From the NCBI GenBank assembly GCA_963703345.1, contig OY969814.1, forward strand, positions 1,630,967 through 1,694,966: a DNA stretch of 64,000 nt, written 5' to 3'. Position 1 is the first letter of the stretch; every line of letters starts with the position of its first letter. The stretch comes from an uncultured Chloroflexia bacterium. Lineage in GTDB: Bacteria; Chloroflexota; Dehalococcoidia; DSTF01; JALHUB01. Below the pieces are notes generated by a model. The model did not search any database and was not told the DNA's origin. It saw nothing but the letters and a program-made list of their open reading frames with translations. Shown piece after piece: positions 47,906-57,795 of this stretch. Position numbers and translations under genes: made by a program.

Positions 47906-48530
47906 CGTACCTTACCTCCTGCTCTGACCGACGCGCCGCGCGCCCGACAAAAAACCCTTCCGGTCGGAGACCGAAAGGGCAGAATCCGCTGTCGAAGCTT
48001 CTGCACCGTCTCGGTCGCCGAGCGATCCAAGCGGCATCTTCTCAAGCCACTGAGGCGAAGACGGCTCCGGGGAGCCCTCAACGCGAAGGTTGTCGCCCAA
48101 GGGCGGGGGTCGACACCGCCGCCAGTATAGCAAAGAATAACAATTTGTCAAGGGCTAGTGATTAAATTCACGGAATTTTCCCCTAAATTGCTCCTTCTCC
48201 GCCCCTAGGAGTTTCCTAGCTTTGGTTAGGTCGTCGATGTCGCGGCCGCGGGCTTCGTCAAGGGAAGACGGCCCGAAGGATGAATCCCTCAACTTCCTCT
48301 CCACCAAAGCCACCCTAAATGAAGCGCCACAAGTGGGGTAGGGCTGAAGCCCTGCCTGCCGGCAAGCGGGCTTCCTCATCGTCGTTGGGCGGCGATGTCG
48401 CGGAGCCTTCTTCGGCGGGGGCGAATGCTGGCGTCTGTGCAAGTGCGTGACGGTACGTTACAATGACGCTAGAGACGCGGGGCGCCGCGTTCCGGTAGAG
48501 GCGCTGATTGAAGAGGGGAGGCAGGAAGCC

Positions 48531-50372
48531 TTGTGTGGCATCATCGGCTACGTTGGTCCGCGGGAGGCGGGACCGCTTTTGCTGGAAGGACTGCGCCGGC
48601 TGGAGTACCGCGGCTACGATAGCGCCGGCATCGCGGTCATCGACGGTGGCGGCTCTCCCTGCATCGTCAAGTCCACCGGCAAACTGCAGAGCCTAGCCGC
48701 CTGCCTGGAAGACGGCTTCCCCAAAGGGTCAATCGGCATCGGCCACACGCGCTGGGCGACGCACGGCCGCCCCAGCGACACGAACGCTCATCCTCACTGC
48801 GACTGCGACGGCGACGTCGTGGTCATCCACAACGGCATCGTCGAGAACTACAACGCGTTGAGGCAGCAACTTCGAGCGCAAGGGCACGTCTTCAAGTCGG
48901 ACACGGACACGGAGGTCATTCCCCACCTGATCGAGGCCGAGCTGGCGCAAGGGCGTCCGCTGGTGGAAGCTGTGAGGCGGACGATAGCGCAGTTGGATGG
49001 GGCGCATGCCATACTGGCCATCGCCGCCTGCCAGCCGGGCACGGTGGTTGCGGCACGCGTCGGTAACGCCGGCGGCGTGGTGATCGGCTACGGCGACGGC
49101 GAGATGTTCCTTTCCAGCGACCTGCCGGCGCTTTTGCCGCACACGCGCCAGGTCGTCTTCCTGAGCGACGGCGACGTCGTCGCGGTCGAGCGAAGCGGCG
49201 CAACATATTGGCACGGCAACGGCGAAGGCGAGCAGCGCATACCGCAGTCGATGCCCTTCGACCCGATGGCGGCCGCGAAGGGCGGCTACAAGCATTTCAT
49301 GCTCAAGGAGATCATGGAGCAGCCGGAGGCGGTGCTCGACACGATACGCGGTCGCATCCAGTTCGAGCCGCTGGGGCTGCAGCTAGAAGACATGCCGCCG
49401 GCAGAGGCGCTCTCCCGAGTCGAACGCGTGGTGCTGGTGGCGATGGGCACGAGCCTGCACGCGGCGATGGTCGGGAGACACTACATCGAGCAGATCGCGG
49501 GGCTGCCAGCGGAGGTGGACAACGCGTCGGAGTACCGTTACCGGCGGCCGATCATCGGCCCGGGGACGCTGCTGATCTCCGTGGCCCAGTCCGGCGAGAC
49601 CGTCGATACACTGGAGGCGATGGCGGAGGCGAAAGCGAAGGGCGCGCTGGAAATCACGGTGTGCAACACGCCCGGAAGCCAGGCGACGCGCGTCGCCGAC
49701 GGCGTCGTGTACACACGCTGCGGCCTGGAGATAGGCGTCGCCAGTACGAAGACGCTATTAGGATCGATAGTCGCGTTGTATATGCTCGCCTGCCATCTGG
49801 GGCAGCAGCGCGGCCACCTGAACGAGGCGCAGCTCGGCGAGCTCCTGACGCCGCTGGCGCATATGCCGCAGCTCATCGGCAAGGTCGTCGGGCAGTCGGA
49901 GCAGTTCGAAGCGCTGGCGCGCACCTTCTTCCGTCGCCAGGACTTCCTTTACCTCGGAAGAGGGATTCAGTACCCGATAGCCATGGAGGGCGCGCTGAAG
50001 CTCAAGGAGGTAAGCTACATCCACGCCGAGGGGTATCCGGCCGGCGAGATGAAGCACGGCCCCATCGCCCTCATCGACCAGGAAATGCCGGTGGTGACGA
50101 TCGTCGTGCGGGACGAGCTGCGCGACAAGATGATCTCCAACCTCGAGCAGGTGAAGGCGCGCGATGGCATCGTCATTGCTCTGGCGAACGAGGGAGACAA
50201 TGAGATAGCGAAGCTGGCCGATCACGTGGTCTACCTGCCGGAGACAACACCTCTGCTCATGCCGCTGCTGACGGCGATACCGCTGCAACTGCTGGCTTAC
50301 CACATCGCTGTGCACCGCGGCTGCGACGTGGATCAGCCGCGTCATCTGGCAAAGACGGTCACCGTCGAATAG
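48531..50372 (+). CDS. glmS: Glutamine--fructose-6-phosphate aminotransferase (isomerising)
   Basis: TTG-Cys start (M)CGIIGYVG (Ntn Cys2), two SIS domains, C-terminal ...VDQPRHLAKTVTVE. Confidence 0.9.
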   Translation: MCGIIGYVGPREAGPLLLEGLRRLEYRGYDSAGIAVIDGGGSPCIVKSTGKLQSLAACLEDGFPKGSIGIGHTRWATHGRPSDTNAHPHCDCDGDVVVIHNGIVENYNALRQQLRAQGHVFKSDTDTEVIPHLIEAELAQGRPLVEAVRRTIAQLDGAHAILAIAACQPGTVVAARVGNAGGVVIGYGDGEMFLSSDLPALLPHTRQVVFLSDGDVVAVERSGATYWHGNGEGEQRIPQSMPFDPMAAAKGGYKHFMLKEIMEQPEAVLDTIRGRIQFEPLGLQLEDMPPAEALSRVERVVLVAMGTSLHAAMVGRHYIEQIAGLPAEVDNASEYRYRRPIIGPGTLLISVAQSGETVDTLEAMAEAKAKGALEITVCNTPGSQATRVADGVVYTRCGLEIGVASTKTLLGSIVALYMLACHLGQQRGHLNEAQLGELLTPLAHMPQLIGKVVGQSEQFEALARTFFRRQDFLYLGRGIQYPIAMEGALKLKEVSYIHAEGYPAGEMKHGPIALIDQEMPVVTIVVRDELRDKMISNLEQVKARDGIVIALANEGDNEIAKLADHVVYLPETTPLLMPLLTAIPLQLLAYHIAVHRGCDVDQPRHLAKTVTVE

Positions 50373-50518
50373 GGGTTTTCCCCGGGGGGGAGCCGCCTAT
50401 TGCTCTTATTTCCTTTCGCCCGATAATATACTGTCTTCATTTGCCGAAGACCCCTGTATTCCGCCAACAGCGGCGGCGCACCGGAAGCGCCGGCCCCGCA
50501 GCAAGGGAGGCTGAACGA

Positions 50519-52801
50519 ATGACTGACCAGCGAGACGTTGTCGCGTTTGAAGAGGTGGGAAGGGGCGATATTCCCCTGGTCGGAGGGAAGGGCGCCAATC
50601 TCGGAGAGATGCTTCGGGCGGGAATCCCCGTTCCCAGCGGCTTCATCGTCACCGCCGACGCGTACGGGCGCTTCATAGAGCAATCAGGGCTCCGGCCCAA
50701 GATCGAAGCGATCCTCAACAATCTCGACGTCCACGACAGCGACGCTTTGCAGAAAGCTTCGCGCGACATCGAGAAGCTGATGGTCGACACACCCGTTCCC
50801 GCCGACATGGCTGAGGAGATCAAGCGGCGCTACCGCGATCTGGGCGAGCCGCCGGTGGCCGTCCGCAGCTCCGCGACGGCGGAGGACCTTCCGGAGGCGT
50901 CGTTCGCCGGGCAGCAGAGCACCTTTCTGAACGTCGTCGGCGGCGACAGGGTCGTGCAGGCGGTCAAGGAGTGCTGGGCGTCCCTATTCGAGGCGCGCGC
51001 GATCTTCTATCGGTCGGAGAACGCCTTCGAGCACATGAAGGTGAAGATTGCGGTGCCCGTGCAGCGGATGGTGCAGTCGGAGTTTTCCGGCGTGATGTTC
51101 ACCGTCGAGCCGGTGACGAGCGATCGCAGCAAGATTACGGTGGAAGCGATCGTCGGCCTGGGCGAAGGGCTTGTCTCCGGCGAAATCAGTCCGGACCTGT
51201 ACGTCGTCGACAAGGAAACGCTGCGGATCCTGGAGAAGCACGTCGCGGTGCAGGACCGTCACCTCGCGCGAACGGCCGTCGGCGGGGGCAAGGGCATCGC
51301 CGACATCTCCTGGCAGGAAGTGCCGTCAAGCCTGCGCTCCAGCCAGAAGCTCAGCGACGATGAGGTCCGCGAGGTGGCGCAGATCGGCAAGCGCATCGAG
51401 CAGCACTACGGCTTTCCGCAGGACATCGAGTGGGCGAAGGAGGACCACAAGTTCTACATCGTCCAGACGCGCCCGGTGACAACGCTGGTCGAGGCGCCCG
51501 CTGCGCCGACGGAGGCCCTCGAGGAGACCGTGCCGGTGCTGCTGACGGGCTCGGCAGCGAGCCCCGGAGCGGCAGCCGGTGAAGTCAAGATCATTCTCGA
51601 CCCGAACGAGATCGGGAGGGTGCGTGACGGCGACATTCTCGTCGCGGAGATGACCACCCCGGACTTCGTCCCCGCCATGAAGCGCGCCGTCGCTATCGTC
51701 ACCGACCGTGGTGGCCGCACCGCCCACGCCGCCATCGTCAGCCGGGAGCTGGGGATACCTTGCGTCGTCGGCACGGGCGAGGCGACGAAGAAGCTGAAGG
51801 ACGGTCAGATCGTAACCGTCGATGGCGCGCGCGGCCTAGTCTACGACGGTCGCGCCGCCGCGACGCTGGCGTATTACGAGCGGGAGAAGGCGGTGGCCAT
51901 GGGGGCGGCGGTGAAGACCAGGACCCGCGTTTATGTCAACCTGGCTCAGCCCGACCTGGCGGACCGGGTCGCCGCCCGCAACGTCGACGGCGTGGGGCTG
52001 CTGCGCGCGGAGTTCATCGTCGCGGATATCGGCGAGCACCCGCGCTACGCCCTCGAACAGGGCCGCGGCGAGGAGTTCACCCAGAAGATGGCCAAGGGGC
52101 TGATGGCTTTCGCGGCCGCCTTCGACCCGCGCCCGGTGGTCTACCGGACAACCGACTTCAAGACAAACGAGTACGCCGGCCTGAAGGGCGGCGAAAAGTA
52201 CGAGCAGTCGGAAGAGAACCCGATGATCGGCTATCGCGGCGCCTCCCGCTACATTCGCGACCGCGAGGTCTTCGAGCTGGAGATCGAGGCGGTCAAGCGG
52301 GTCCGTCAGCAGCACAAGAACCTGCACGTGATGATCCCGTTCTGCCGGACGCCGGAGGAGATGGCCGGCGTCAAGAAGCTGATGGAGGAGCTCGGCCTCA
52401 AGCGATCGCCCGAGTTCAAGCTCTGGATGATGGTGGAGATCCCGTCCAACGTCATCCTTTTGAACGAGTTCATCGACGTCGGAATCGACGGCGTGTCGAT
52501 AGGCTCGAACGACCTGACGCAGCTTACGCTGGGCATCGACCGCGACAACTCGATCCTGGCGAAGGACTTCGACGAGCGGAACCCGGCCGTGACGCGGTCG
52601 CTGGAGCAGATCGTAAAGACGTGCCGCCAGCGGGGCGTCACCTCGTCGATTTGCGGCCAGGCGCCGTCGGACTACCCGGAGATCACGGAGAAGCTGGTCG
52701 AGTGGGGAATAACGTCGGTCTCGGTGAACCCGGACGTAATCGAGCGAACGCGCAAGATCGTTGCGGCTGCGGAGGCGAAGCTGGGAGTCAAGCCCGAGTA
52801 G
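50519..52801 (+). CDS. ppsA: Phosphoenolpyruvate synthase (pyruvate, water dikinase)
   Basis: PLVGGKGANLGEM ATP-grasp, central phospho-His domain (TDRGGRTAHAAIVSRELGIPCVVG), C-terminal PEP-utilising TIM barrel with ICGQ. Confidence 0.85.
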   Translation: MTDQRDVVAFEEVGRGDIPLVGGKGANLGEMLRAGIPVPSGFIVTADAYGRFIEQSGLRPKIEAILNNLDVHDSDALQKASRDIEKLMVDTPVPADMAEEIKRRYRDLGEPPVAVRSSATAEDLPEASFAGQQSTFLNVVGGDRVVQAVKECWASLFEARAIFYRSENAFEHMKVKIAVPVQRMVQSEFSGVMFTVEPVTSDRSKITVEAIVGLGEGLVSGEISPDLYVVDKETLRILEKHVAVQDRHLARTAVGGGKGIADISWQEVPSSLRSSQKLSDDEVREVAQIGKRIEQHYGFPQDIEWAKEDHKFYIVQTRPVTTLVEAPAAPTEALEETVPVLLTGSAASPGAAAGEVKIILDPNEIGRVRDGDILVAEMTTPDFVPAMKRAVAIVTDRGGRTAHAAIVSRELGIPCVVGTGEATKKLKDGQIVTVDGARGLVYDGRAAATLAYYEREKAVAMGAAVKTRTRVYVNLAQPDLADRVAARNVDGVGLLRAEFIVADIGEHPRYALEQGRGEEFTQKMAKGLMAFAAAFDPRPVVYRTTDFKTNEYAGLKGGEKYEQSEENPMIGYRGASRYIRDREVFELEIEAVKRVRQQHKNLHVMIPFCRTPEEMAGVKKLMEELGLKRSPEFKLWMMVEIPSNVILLNEFIDVGIDGVSIGSNDLTQLTLGIDRDNSILAKDFDERNPAVTRSLEQIVKTCRQRGVTSSICGQAPSDYPEITEKLVEWGITSVSVNPDVIERTRKIVAAAEAKLGVKPE

Positions 52802-52944
52802 GACGCATTCACATCGCAATGTCGAAGGGCGGGAGCTTGGGCTTCCGCCCTTTCGCTTTCGGCGCGTCGTTGTCTGTAGAATCGTCAAGCGGCGGTGCGC
52901 TGCTTGACATAGGGTGAAGACAACCTTATCGTTTTACCTACGAT

Positions 52945-53862
52945 TTGAACATGACTCAGGCTGGAAACTTGCACGCACGTCCCCTGTTCCTGCTCCTGGC
53001 GCTGCTCGCGCTCTCCCTCGGCTCCGTGCTGGCCGGCTGTGGCGGCGGCGGAAAGAAAGCGGCCGGAGAGGAATACATCGTTTTCTCGACCAGTCGCAAC
53101 GGCCTCTCCGAAGTCTACTCAATGCGCTTCGACGGCACTGTTCAGAACTTGACGGCCAATCCAGCAGGGGACTACGCGCCCTCTTGCTCGCCCGATGGCT
53201 CCAAGATCGCCTTCACGTCGGACCGCGACGGCGACCTCAAAGTGTTTGTCATGAACGCCGACGGCAGCGACCAGACGGCGCTCACGAGCAGCACCGGCGG
53301 CGTCTACTCGCCCCGCTGGTCGCCCGACGGCTCCTTGATTGCCTATGATTCAAAAGAGAGCGGCATTGAGCAAATCCACGTCATGAAGGCTGACGGAAGC
53401 CATGACGCGAATCTCTCAAACAGCCAGGCAAACGATTGGGGGCCTTCCTGGTCGGGGGACGGCAGCAAGATCGCCTTCACGAGCGATCGCGACGGCAACC
53501 AAGAGATATACGTGATGAGCGCGAACGGCGGCGATCAGACGCGCCTCACGGATAGCAGCGCCGAGGACTGGGCCCCTTCGTTCTCGCCGGACGGCTCGAA
53601 GATCGCTTTTGTGACTGACCGGGAAGGTGATCCCGAAATCTACGTAATGAACGTTGACGGTTCCGACCCGCAAAACCTGACGAACAGCAATTCGACCGAT
53701 TGGTCACCCGCGTTCTCCACCGATGGCTCGCGCATCGCGTTCGTGTCTGACCGCGATGGCGACCCCGAGATATATGTCATGAATGCCGACGGCTCAGGGT
53801 TGACGCGCCTCACGCACAACACGGCTCAGGACATTGGTCCCGCCTGGTGCCGGCTCCCCTAG
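52945..53862 (+). CDS. TolB-like lipoprotein with about 6 PD40 (WD40-like beta-propeller) repeats
   Basis: Lipobox LAGC, repeated PxxSPDGSKIAFxSDRDGxxEIYVMNADGS units. Confidence 0.7.
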   Translation: MNMTQAGNLHARPLFLLLALLALSLGSVLAGCGGGGKKAAGEEYIVFSTSRNGLSEVYSMRFDGTVQNLTANPAGDYAPSCSPDGSKIAFTSDRDGDLKVFVMNADGSDQTALTSSTGGVYSPRWSPDGSLIAYDSKESGIEQIHVMKADGSHDANLSNSQANDWGPSWSGDGSKIAFTSDRDGNQEIYVMSANGGDQTRLTDSSAEDWAPSFSPDGSKIAFVTDREGDPEIYVMNVDGSDPQNLTNSNSTDWSPAFSTDGSRIAFVSDRDGDPEIYVMNADGSGLTRLTHNTAQDIGPAWCRLP

Positions 53863-53870
53863 CCTGACCC

Positions 53871-54917
53871 ATGCGTCACTCTGAAGAGGTAAGGAGATCT
53901 CTGGAGCAGCGAGAGGCAGGGCTTTCGCCGTACGCAGCGAGGAGCAGCACAAGTCGGGGGCGCGAGCGGCCGGAGGAGCCCTCACCCGTCCGCCTGGAAT
54001 TCCAACGCGACCGCGACCGGATCATCCACTGCAAGTCGTTTCGGCGCCTGAAGCACAAGACTCAGGTGTTCGTGGCGCCCGCCGGCGACCACTATGTGAC
54101 GCGACTGACGCACACGTTGGAAGTAGCGCAGATCGCCCGGACAATCGCCCGCGCCCTCAACCTCAACGAAGACCTGACGGAGGCGATAGCGCTGGGGCAT
54201 GACCTGGGGCACACGCCTTTTGGCCACCGCGGCGAGGAAGCGCTGGCGGACCTGCTGCCGGAGGGGTTCTCGCACAACGCGCAGAGCCTGCGCGTCGTTG
54301 AGCGGTTGGAGCGCGGCGGCAGAGGTTTGAACCTGACCTGGGAGGTGCGCGACGGCATCCTCCATCACTCCAAGTCGCGGGAGGGCGTCATGGCGCCCGA
54401 TTCGGACTTGCCGGCAACGCTGGAGGGACAGATCGCGCGCATTGCTGACAGCATCGCTTACTTGAACCACGACATCGCCGATGCAATTCGGGCCGGCTTG
54501 CTGACTGACGGCGACCTGCCCGAGAAGGTGCAAATCACCCTCGGCGACCACCATTCGCAGCGCATCAACACGCTCGTCTGCGACATCGTCGATGAGTCGT
54601 GGGCGGCGACAGGGCGAGTCGCAGGGGAGACGGCGCCTTCGATCAGGATGAGCGACGGCGTCCTTGCCGCTACGGACGAGCTGCGGGAGTTCATGTTCCA
54701 GCGCGTCTATCTATGGGAGGACGCGCAACGAGAGGCCGCCAACGCCAGGAGGCTGGTGCGCTTCCTTTTCGAGTACTACCTGGCGCATCCAGAGGACATC
54801 AGCTCGGACTTCGCTTTGAGCGGCGACCCTCCCTGGCGGCGCGCGGCCGACTACATCGCCGGCATGACGGACACGTTCGCCCTGGAGCTCGGACAGCGGC
54901 TGGGCTTCGAAGATTGA
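53871..54917 (+). CDS. dgt: dGTPase-like deoxynucleoside triphosphate triphosphohydrolase (HD domain)
   Basis: FQRDRDRIIHCKSFRRLKHKTQVF...THTLEVAQIAR...GHDLGHTPFGH motifs. Confidence 0.8.
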   Translation: MRHSEEVRRSLEQREAGLSPYAARSSTSRGRERPEEPSPVRLEFQRDRDRIIHCKSFRRLKHKTQVFVAPAGDHYVTRLTHTLEVAQIARTIARALNLNEDLTEAIALGHDLGHTPFGHRGEEALADLLPEGFSHNAQSLRVVERLERGGRGLNLTWEVRDGILHHSKSREGVMAPDSDLPATLEGQIARIADSIAYLNHDIADAIRAGLLTDGDLPEKVQITLGDHHSQRINTLVCDIVDESWAATGRVAGETAPSIRMSDGVLAATDELREFMFQRVYLWEDAQREAANARRLVRFLFEYYLAHPEDISSDFALSGDPPWRRAADYIAGMTDTFALELGQRLGFED

Positions 54918-55018
54918 GCATTTTCCGGCCGGGACAGCTACATTTGAGGGCAGAGTTTCTGTTAGAATAGGCCCGCTCGACGGCTGGACTGCAACCCGGA
55001 CCCGATCTCGCTGCTTAA

Positions 55019-55936
55019 ATGAGACAATCCCTTCGACAGAACGGCACCTCTTTCCTCCACAGTCCCCTCATCCTCGTCGGGATCGCGGTTATTGCCCTGG
55101 CGCTGGTGTTCGCCGTCGCGCTCATTTTCAAGGCGGGCGGCGACAGCACAAAGGGCTCCGTCTCAGTTCCGACAGGTGCAGGCCGGACACCGACTGCCAG
55201 TCCGACAGAAGACAGCATCAACGGGCCGGCGGCGAAGGCCACAAGTTCAGTCAACGTCCGCAGCGGCCCGGCCAACGGCTACGTCGTCCTCGGCGTACTG
55301 CGCCGGGGGTCGGAAGCGAAGATAGTCGGCCGAAGCGACGACGGCGAGTGGCTGGAAATCGAATATCCAGCGCACTCCAATTTGCTCGGCTGGATCATCG
55401 TCAGCTCCGTGCAAACGAGCGCAGACCTGGCGGCAATTCCTATCGCCACGCCGGAAAGCCTGCCAATGGCGATAATCCCGACCGACGTGCCGGTGACGAT
55501 CTTCCCGACGGAGACTCCCCCAGCGGCGACGACGGGTACGGCCACGCCCGGGTCGGCGCTGCCGGACCTAGTGGTCGGCGGAACGCTCGTCTCGGGCGGG
55601 ACGCTTGTCGTGACGGTGACGAACCAGGGCAAGGGAGCGCTCAAAGCCGCCACAATCGAAGTCGGCGTCTTCGACGTGTCGGGGTCGCAACTGCTGAAGT
55701 CGGCCAGCGTGGTGGCGAACCTCAACCCCGGCGCGAGCATCGACGTTCAGACCAACTACATAGCGGTCGTCGGCCCGGAGCAGGTGCTGGTCATCGTCGA
55801 CCCGAACGGCAAGATCAAAGAGTCGGAAGACACGAACAACAGGCTTGTCGTTTCGTTTGCGGCAACTCCGACGCCGCCGGCAAGCACGCCGTCCGCGACC
55901 GCCAAAGCGACGGCCAGGCCAACGCCGACTCCATAG
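55019..55936 (+). CDS. Membrane-anchored protein with a bacterial SH3 domain and a CARDB-like Ig domain, Pro/Thr-rich linkers
   Basis: N-terminal TM; VNVRSGPANGYVVLGVLRRGSEAKIVGRSDDGEWLEIEY (SH3b); LVVTVTNQGKGAL...NNRL (CARDB-like). Confidence 0.55.
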   Translation: MRQSLRQNGTSFLHSPLILVGIAVIALALVFAVALIFKAGGDSTKGSVSVPTGAGRTPTASPTEDSINGPAAKATSSVNVRSGPANGYVVLGVLRRGSEAKIVGRSDDGEWLEIEYPAHSNLLGWIIVSSVQTSADLAAIPIATPESLPMAIIPTDVPVTIFPTETPPAATTGTATPGSALPDLVVGGTLVSGGTLVVTVTNQGKGALKAATIEVGVFDVSGSQLLKSASVVANLNPGASIDVQTNYIAVVGPEQVLVIVDPNGKIKESEDTNNRLVVSFAATPTPPASTPSATAKATARPTPTP

Positions 55937-56079
55937 GACGCGGTCAGGCAGCTTAACAGCTTCCGGGCAAGTCGGGTGGGCTGCGACTGAGCGGGCATTT
56001 TCAATCGGATGAGGGGTAGAGACGGGCGCAACGGCCGCAGCACGGCGACGTTGTGTCTTTGTGAGGGATCCGGTCGACG

Positions 56080-57765
56080 GTGAACCCCATCGAGGAGATC
56101 AAGCAGCGGCTGGACATCGTCGACGTGGTCGGCGAGTCGGTGAGTCTGCATAAGGCGGGCCGCAACTACAGAGCGCTCTGTCCGTTCCACGTCGAGAAGG
56201 CACCCTCTTTCTACGTCTTCCCGGAAAGGGGCACCTGGCACTGCTTCGGCGGCTGCGCTACCGGCGGCGACGTGTTCGCCTTCGTCATGAAGAAGGAGAA
56301 CCTCGATTTCTCCGGCGCGCTGCGCTCCCTGGCGGAGAGAGCGGGAATAAGCCTGGCGCGAAAGAACGTGGCCGCGGAGGAGACGGAGAAAGACCGTCTG
56401 CGCCAGGCGAACGAGGCGGCAGCGCTCTTCTTCAAGCAGGCGCTCTTCAACACGCGGCCCGGCCTAAAAGCGCTGGACTACCTTTCGCTGAGGGGAATCG
56501 ACCGGCAGACGGCGGAGGCGTTCCAGTTGGGCTACGCGCCCGACTCCTGGGACGCCCTGCGCGAGCACCTGAAGGGCCGCGGCTTCAGCGAAGGGGAGCT
56601 GTTGCGGGCGGGCCTGCTCGTCGAAGGGGAAAGGGGGCTCTACGACCGCTTTCGCAATCGCGCTGTGATACCGATTCGCGACGGGCAGGGACGCGCGGTC
56701 GGCTTCGGCTCGCGCAAGCTGCCGGCGGAGGACGACGAGGAGCCCGCCGGCGACTCGGAAAGCCCAAAGTACTTGAATACGCCCCAAACGCCGATTTTTG
56801 ATAAGGGCGCGATACTGTTCGGGCTGGACCGGGCGGCGGAGAGCATCCGGCGCGCAGACGTTGCGGTCATTGTGGAAGGCTACATGGACGTCATCGCGGC
56901 GCACCAGCACGGCAACGGCAACGTCGTCGCCAGCATGGGGACGGCGCTGACGGAGCGTCAGCTCGGGCTGCTGCGGCGGCTGACGGAGAACATCGTCCTC
57001 GCCTTCGACCCTGATACGGCGGGGCAGGCAGCAAGCGAGCGCGGCGATCTCGTCGCCCAGCGGATGGGGGCACAGGTGCGGGTCATGAAGCTGCCGAAGG
57101 GGCGCGATCCGGACGAGATCATTCGCGCCGACCCGGACGGCTGGCGGCGGCTCGTCGTCGAAGCGGAAGCGCCGAAAGCTTTCTCCTCCGCCGCCATCCA
57201 GGCGACGCCGACGGAGCACGGCCGGCGAACGGCGAAAGCGCGTCCGAGGGCGGGCAGTGGCGAGGAGGAGCGGGTCGACGTGTCGAAGGGAGAGGAAACG
57301 TGCCTGGCGCTTCTCGTCCGCTATCCGCAGTTGCGCGGGCAGGGGCTGACGCTGGACGAAGAGTTGTTCGTCCGGACGGAGAACCGTCAGGTGTTCGAGG
57401 CGTGGCGCGCGTCGGAGCCGGGGCGCCCGCTGGAGGAGACGCTTGCGGAGGAGCTGCGTCCGCACCTGGAGCAGATCGTGGCGCGGAACCTGCCGCCTTT
57501 CGACCCGGCGCAGGCGGAGAAGGCGCTTCTAACCTGTACGGAGCGCCTGAGAAGGAGTAAGATTAAGGTAGAAAAGACGTTTATAGGTTTGGAGATTGCG
57601 GAAAAGGAACAGAGGCTAGGCGCCGAGAATTTGCTTGAGCGCGCCCGAAAGTATATGGAGGGCGAGGCTCTTTCCCAAGACCTGCCGGAAGATGAGACCG
57701 CCGATGCGAGAATCGTCGTGCGGGACATGGAGGCAGGTCTGGAGTTGCATGAGAAGAAGGCTTAG
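56080..57765 (+). CDS. dnaG: DNA primase
   Basis: Zinc-binding CPFHVEKAPSF...CFGC, TOPRIM (VIVEGYMDVI...), C-terminal helicase-binding domain. Confidence 0.85.
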   Translation: MNPIEEIKQRLDIVDVVGESVSLHKAGRNYRALCPFHVEKAPSFYVFPERGTWHCFGGCATGGDVFAFVMKKENLDFSGALRSLAERAGISLARKNVAAEETEKDRLRQANEAAALFFKQALFNTRPGLKALDYLSLRGIDRQTAEAFQLGYAPDSWDALREHLKGRGFSEGELLRAGLLVEGERGLYDRFRNRAVIPIRDGQGRAVGFGSRKLPAEDDEEPAGDSESPKYLNTPQTPIFDKGAILFGLDRAAESIRRADVAVIVEGYMDVIAAHQHGNGNVVASMGTALTERQLGLLRRLTENIVLAFDPDTAGQAASERGDLVAQRMGAQVRVMKLPKGRDPDEIIRADPDGWRRLVVEAEAPKAFSSAAIQATPTEHGRRTAKARPRAGSGEEERVDVSKGEETCLALLVRYPQLRGQGLTLDEELFVRTENRQVFEAWRASEPGRPLEETLAEELRPHLEQIVARNLPPFDPAQAEKALLTCTERLRRSKIKVEKTFIGLEIAEKEQRLGAENLLERARKYMEGEALSQDLPEDETADARIVVRDMEAGLELHEKKA

Positions 57766-57795
57766 GCTTCCGCAAGGAAAAGCAAGAACGAAATC

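Noticed and set aside
48300-48440. glmS ribozyme call
   Set aside because: Only a loose resemblance at the putative cleavage-site region. The conserved core motifs are not recognisable by eye. It is left as a low-confidence finding rather than a feature.
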